A program made the position numbers and the translations under genes. 64,000 nucleotides of DNA. Origin: Bacteroidota bacterium. Lineage in GTDB: Bacteria > Bacteroidota > Bacteroidia > AKYH767-A > OLB10. The notes below the pieces were generated by a model. That model was given only the letters and a program-made list of their open reading frames with translations. It searched no databases and was not told the origin of the DNA. Below are positions 59,333 through 64,000 of the stretch, in pieces. Each line of letters opens with the position of its first letter. Position 1 is the first letter of the stretch. The DNA lies in assembly GCA_019136655.1 (NCBI GenBank), contig JAGVTU010000012.1:19813-83812 (forward strand), read 5' to 3'.

Positions 59333-62300
59333 GTGTTAACCACTAATCATTTCAGGAAAGTCATTGGTTGCAGTGCAATACTTCTGTTGTTTCTTGCGAA
59401 CATTGGATATGCACAACAACCTGTGGCATCGTTCAGTGCAGGTCAGACGCAAGGCTGCGCTCCACTGATTGTAAACTTTATCAATAACAGTCAGAATGCT
59501 ACATCGTACCGATGGGATTTCGGGAACGGTATGTCGTCCACCCTGCCCAGTCCTGTAATTACTTTTAATAATGCAGGTAATTATACCGTCAAACTGGTTG
59601 CACAAAATGCTTCCGGTGCCGACTCTGTTATTCTTTCTAATCTGATTCAGGTTTCAAACAAACCAACCGTTCAGTTTTCAGCTTCAAAAACCTCTGCCTG
59701 CATGAATGAACTTATATCATTCAGCAATCAAAGTACAGGATATGACAGTTGCGAATGGGATTTTGGTGATGGAGTTACTTCAAAGATTAATAATCCTTCA
59801 CACAGCTATTCATTGGCAGGAAGTTTTTCTGTTACTTTAATACTTTACAAAGGAGGTTCGGCATGTACGGCTACACTCACAAAAAATAATTATATCACCA
59901 TTCATGCATTGCCTGTCATCACAGCTACTGTTGATACGTTTGCCACATGTGATGCCAACAAATCTTTTCAGTTTACGGGATCGTCTAATCCTGCAGGTGC
60001 TTTGGTATGGGACTTTGGTGATGGCACTACAGGCAACGGCAATAATGTTTCGCATCATTACACTGCACCCGGAAGTTATACTGTATCTGTTACATCAACA
60101 TCATCTTCAGGTTGTCCCGGAACAAAAACACTTAATAATTCCATTACCGTATTGAGCAACCCCACACCTGTTATTACAGCTTCATCACTTTCGGGATGTA
60201 CTCCTTTTTCAGTAGTGCTCAATGCTACTGCTCCCGGTGCTGTTTCACTGCAATGGGATTTGAAAAACGGACTTACTTCTACACTTACTTCTGTTGCTAC
60301 ATTATACAACTTTGCCGGTACTTATCAGCCTTCACTTACTGCAAATTATCCCAACGGATGCAGCAACAGTGCAACTCCCGTAAGCATTCAGGTTCTTGCA
60401 TCACCTGTTGCAAATTTTACAGCAAACATTACCAATGGATGTAAACCTTTAACTATTACTTTCAGTCCGCAAGCTACCAACGGAGCATCTTATCAGTGGA
60501 ACAGCAATGATGGTGGCACAGGAAACGGATCAACTTTTACTTATACCTACCAACATTCAGGAAGTTATTATCCCTCATTAAATATAACTGCTGCCAATGG
60601 TTGCAGTACAGAGTACAGCTTTGCTTATGGAATAACAATAAGTGGTCCTGATATTGATTTCTCAGCAGATAAAACTACAGGCTGTAATCCTCTTACTGTA
60701 AACTTTACCAATCTTAGTATCAATGCTTCTACCTGGTTGTGGAAATTTGGAAATGGTGATACATCAACAGCATTCAGTCCTACCTATACTTATCAGCAAC
60801 AAGGCTCATACAGTGTAACACTTTATGGTACCGATGCATCAGGATGTAAAGACTCACTGACAAAGGTAAATTACATTCATCCCGGAGGCACTGTAAATAA
60901 CTTCAGCACATCTCAGCCTATTTCAGGATGTGCACCTTTGACTATCAGTCTGAGCGATTCATCAAGCGCAACTTCGTGGTTATGGAATTTTGGCGATGGC
61001 ACAACTTCCACACAACAAAATCCAACGCATACTTATACTTCACCCGGAACTTACACCGTATCGCTGCAAACACAAAGCAGTGGCGGTAATTGTTCGCAAC
61101 TTATTTCTGACTTTGCAACCTATCAGGTGGGTGGTGGTATTGCTGATTTTACTTATACACAAACCTTATGTCCTCCCTTTATCGGATACTTTACTGACAG
61201 TTCTGTAAACGCAGTTTCATGGCTGTGGAACTTTGGTGACGGACAAACATCAACCGTTCAAAATCCAACACATACCTATTCTCAAACTGGCAACTATAAT
61301 GTATCTCTTACCATAACCACAGCAGATGGATGTCAGGCAAGTACCGTACATCAGTATGCAATGAGTTTTACTTCGTTGGGAGCAACACCTTCGGCAACTA
61401 CAACAGATTCTGTTCTTCCATTGGATGTGCAGTTTTATGCCAATTCAGTGGGTGCTACATCATGGCTTTGGTCTTTTGGTGATGGCGATACTTCCACACT
61501 TGAAAATCCTGTTCACACTTATACAACGAACGGACCATTTACCATTACATTAACCGTTTCTAACGACAGTTGTACTACAACATACAGTTATCCTCCAACA
61601 GATTTTGGTGCGGGAGGTACTTTTAATGATGAAACTACAGACTCCACAACCTATACGATGAACTATGATGGTTGTGCACCTCTTTCAATCAACTTTCACA
61701 ATCCGTTAATCAATGTAGCATCCAGCTACTGGGATTTTGGCGATGGCAATACTTCCACACAACTTAATCCGTCACATACTTATACCATGCCCGGAATTTA
61801 TGATGTAATGCTCATCAGTGTGGATATTTACGGAATACCTGATACCATTTACACTTCACATGCAGTGAAAGTTGCCGGAAGCAATGCTTCTTTCAGTTTG
61901 CAAACGGTTTCAACCTGTGCAGGCGTCAACATTATTGCTATTCCGCAGAATCAGAATGCTGCTTCTTATCTCTGGGATTTTGGTGATCAGACAACAAGTA
62001 CTGCCATCTCACCTACACATACTTTTACAAATTCCAACAACTACATTATTTCTTTGCAACTCACCGACTCCATTGGCTGTACTTCTGTTTACAGCACTTC
62101 CTTTTATTCTTATACCGGCAGTCAGCCTGTGATGGTGAATAAATCAAGAGCTTGTGCCAATGAAGTTTTATCATTCAGTTTACCCAATTCCAACTATGCT
62201 TCCTATCAGTGGAATTTTGGTGACAGCACTTCGGCAACGGGCAGTACGGTGTCACACAGTTATTCTGAAGAAGGATTTTATCCTGTAAGTGTTGAAGTAA

Positions 62301-64000
62301 CGGATATCAATGGTTGCCATCAGACGTTTAATGCAGCTGCACCTATTGAAATCAACAAACCGGTTGCAGATTTTAGCATGGGAGCACCTACTTCCAATTG
62401 CAACTGGGTGCATTATGATTTTACAAATCTTTCATCAGGCAGTACTTATTATCTGTGGGATTTGGGAAATGGTGCTACCTCCACACAAACCAATTGCAGC
62501 AATTATTACTATTACAACAATCAGAATGCACCTGTAAATTATGCTGTAACTCTTACTGCTTACAAAAATGGATGCTCATCAACAAAAACAATAAACAATG
62601 CCGTGCATATTCCAAACTTTTATGCTGACTTCAGCTATAGCCGCACCAATGGTTGTCTGCCTGTTACTGTTACAGTTGCTGACTCAAGCAATGAAGTTTT
62701 CAAATGGAAATGGTATTGGGGAGATGGTGATTCTTCAACTGTAAGAAATGCTGTTCATACCTTCCACACCATTCCTACAGGAAAAATTATTCTCGTTGCA
62801 GAAGATGTGAACGGATGTGTGAAGCAGATTGAAAAAGACAATATAATTTTCCCTGATGCAATTGCTCAAATTTCTGACAGCAGCGGTTGTAATCCTTTGC
62901 CTGTATCGTTTACCAGTCAATGCATCAATGCAAGTCAATGGTTATGGAATTTTGGTGATGGCACAACTGATACTGCAAGTGCTGCAACACACACTTATAC
63001 ACAGACAGGAAACTTTACACCATTATTAATAGCAACCGACTCATTCGGATGTTCGGACACAGCAGCACTCACATCGGTACAAATAACTGAACCTGTATGC
63101 AATTTCAATTACAGCATAACATCAGGATGTGCACCGGTAACTGCACAGTTCAACAACCTTTCTCAGAATGCAGCAAGCTACCTATGGAACTTTGGTGATG
63201 GTTCTACTTCTTCACAACAACATCCAACACATATTTACACTACAGGTGGCCACTATCAGGTATCTCTGACAATTACAGATTCTGCAGGATGTACTGCCAC
63301 ACATATTTTGAATGATTCTATCATTGTACCCGGGCCGCGCGCATTGTTCTCAGGCAATATCAACAGTGGTTGCGCACCGCTGACTGTTACATTTACTGAC
63401 TCGTCACAGCAGGCTACAAGTTACTTCTGGAGTTTCAGCGATGGAGACTCTTCCACTCTGCAATCGCCTGTTCATACATTTGCCAACGCAGGCACTTATC
63501 AGGTATCGCTGGTAATAACCGATAACAATGGATGTCAGTCTGTATTTACACAAGCTGATTCCATCAAAGTTTATGCAGCACCATTGTTGCATTTCACAGC
63601 AAGTGATACTGCTCTGTGCAGTTCGCAAACTGTAAGTTTCTTAAACACAACCACAGGTGCTACACAATACCAATGGTTTTTTGGTGACGGAACTACATCC
63701 AATAAACCTTCTCCTTCTCATCAATATCAGAATGCAGGTACATATACTGTTACACTGATTGCATCCAATGCTGCCTGCTCCGACAGTGTGGTACAGAATA
63801 ATCTGATAAGAGTTGTTGCTCAGCCAACAGCTGATTTCAGCATCAATCCTTCCACAGGATGTGCTCCGCTTAGTGTTTCGTTCATTAATAATTGCAGCAA
63901 TTTGCAGAATGCAACTTATCATTGGTACAGTGACAATGGATTGCAATCCATCGTTTACTCTCCATCATTTCAGTATGACAATCCGGGACATTATTCGCCC
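59333..64000 (+). CDS. Giant secreted PKD-domain array protein, 3-prime end cut by the window edge (at least 1556 codons)
   Basis: Not in the ORF track. This frame has a TAA at 59297-59299, then a GTG at 59333, followed by LTTNHFRKVIGCSAILLLFLANIGYAQQ (signal peptide). It then reads as repeated PKD modules (C.PL.V.F.N.S..A.SY.WDFGDG..S....P.H.Y...G.Y.V.L) through nt 64000. The track reports no plus-strand ORF in this frame after 59333, which implies no in-frame stop. Confidence 0.85.
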   Translation, partial: MLTTNHFRKVIGCSAILLLFLANIGYAQQPVASFSAGQTQGCAPLIVNFINNSQNATSYRWDFGNGMSSTLPSPVITFNNAGNYTVKLVAQNASGADSVILSNLIQVSNKPTVQFSASKTSACMNELISFSNQSTGYDSCEWDFGDGVTSKINNPSHSYSLAGSFSVTLILYKGGSACTATLTKNNYITIHALPVITATVDTFATCDANKSFQFTGSSNPAGALVWDFGDGTTGNGNNVSHHYTAPGSYTVSVTSTSSSGCPGTKTLNNSITVLSNPTPVITASSLSGCTPFSVVLNATAPGAVSLQWDLKNGLTSTLTSVATLYNFAGTYQPSLTANYPNGCSNSATPVSIQVLASPVANFTANITNGCKPLTITFSPQATNGASYQWNSNDGGTGNGSTFTYTYQHSGSYYPSLNITAANGCSTEYSFAYGITISGPDIDFSADKTTGCNPLTVNFTNLSINASTWLWKFGNGDTSTAFSPTYTYQQQGSYSVTLYGTDASGCKDSLTKVNYIHPGGTVNNFSTSQPISGCAPLTISLSDSSSATSWLWNFGDGTTSTQQNPTHTYTSPGTYTVSLQTQSSGGNCSQLISDFATYQVGGGIADFTYTQTLCPPFIGYFTDSSVNAVSWLWNFGDGQTSTVQNPTHTYSQTGNYNVSLTITTADGCQASTVHQYAMSFTSLGATPSATTTDSVLPLDVQFYANSVGATSWLWSFGDGDTSTLENPVHTYTTNGPFTITLTVSNDSCTTTYSYPPTDFGAGGTFNDETTDSTTYTMNYDGCAPLSINFHNPLINVASSYWDFGDGNTSTQLNPSHTYTMPGIYDVMLISVDIYGIPDTIYTSHAVKVAGSNASFSLQTVSTCAGVNIIAIPQNQNAASYLWDFGDQTTSTAISPTHTFTNSNNYIISLQLTDSIGCTSVYSTSFYSYTGSQPVMVNKSRACANEVLSFSLPNSNYASYQWNFGDSTSATGSTVSHSYSEEGFYPVSVEVTDINGCHQTFNAAAPIEINKPVADFSMGAPTSNCNWVHYDFTNLSSGSTYYLWDLGNGATSTQTNCSNYYYYNNQNAPVNYAVTLTAYKNGCSSTKTINNAVHIPNFYADFSYSRTNGCLPVTVTVADSSNEVFKWKWYWGDGDSSTVRNAVHTFHTIPTGKIILVAEDVNGCVKQIEKDNIIFPDAIAQISDSSGCNPLPVSFTSQCINASQWLWNFGDGTTDTASAATHTYTQTGNFTPLLIATDSFGCSDTAALTSVQITEPVCNFNYSITSGCAPVTAQFNNLSQNAASYLWNFGDGSTSSQQHPTHIYTTGGHYQVSLTITDSAGCTATHILNDSIIVPGPRALFSGNINSGCAPLTVTFTDSSQQATSYFWSFSDGDSSTLQSPVHTFANAGTYQVSLVITDNNGCQSVFTQADSIKVYAAPLLHFTASDTALCSSQTVSFLNTTTGATQYQWFFGDGTTSNKPSPSHQYQNAGTYTVTLIASNAACSDSVVQNNLIRVVAQPTADFSINPSTGCAPLSVSFINNCSNLQNATYHWYSDNGLQSIVYSPSFQYDNPGHYSP
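59450..64000 (+). repeat. Diverged tandem coding repeat (about 19 PKD modules, period about 243-252 nt)
   Basis: The Trp codons of the W(D/N)FGDG-type motifs are at 59513, 59756, 60008 and 60254, then roughly every 240-250 nt (near 60490, 60740, 60985, 61225, 61470, 61730, 61975, 62210, 62455, 62710, 62945, 63185, 63430, 63675, 63920). The units are diverged at DNA level. Confidence 0.8.

Noticed and set aside
59336-63946. Eleven short ORFs (60-101 aa) listed on both strands across 59336..63946
   Set aside because: All are out of frame with, or antisense to, the continuous PKD-array reading frame. None has a motif or signal peptide.
59450-64000. Regular ~245-nt periodicity that could suggest a CRISPR-like or satellite array
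   Set aside because: The period is far longer than a CRISPR repeat-spacer unit. The units are diverged and lie in one continuous open reading frame encoding PKD domains.

Overview
This is a densely packed chromosomal segment that looks like Bacteroidota. I infer that from T9SS type A and type B C-terminal sorting domains, recurring TAnnTTTG -7 promoter boxes, a complete MoxR/Bat aerotolerance operon, and a Bacteroidota-style short primary sigma factor. I support about 44 protein-coding genes. By eye I found no rRNA, tRNA, CRISPR array, transposase, integrase or phage gene. Housekeeping genes: yggS, acs, selD, selU, rpoD, atpD-atpC, truA, rlmD, uvrA, ftsK, lolA, an acyl-CoA dehydrogenase and an M1 peptidase. 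Accessory-looking content: (i) five large secreted repeat proteins. Three carry a type A and one a type B T9SS sorting domain; the fifth is cut off by the window end before any sorting domain. That fifth protein is a giant PKD-domain array gene (59333 to the window end) that is absent from the supplied ORF track because it has no stop in the window. (ii) An 8-gene moxR-DUF58-membrane protein-batABCDE operon. (iii) A six-gene minus-strand operon led by a tandem-FKBP isomerase, followed by glycosyltransferases, an orphan ORF and an AsnB-type amidotransferase. (iv) A translationally coupled UGM-like flavoprotein and GT2 pair. (v) A lipoprotein-selU-selD operon. Several ORF-track start codons are revised, and in two cases the track's TTG start is the end of a promoter -7 box. 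I did not find a convincing novel defence, toxin or mobile system. The findings are modest-interest observations, and all functional calls rest on motifs read by eye, not database searches.
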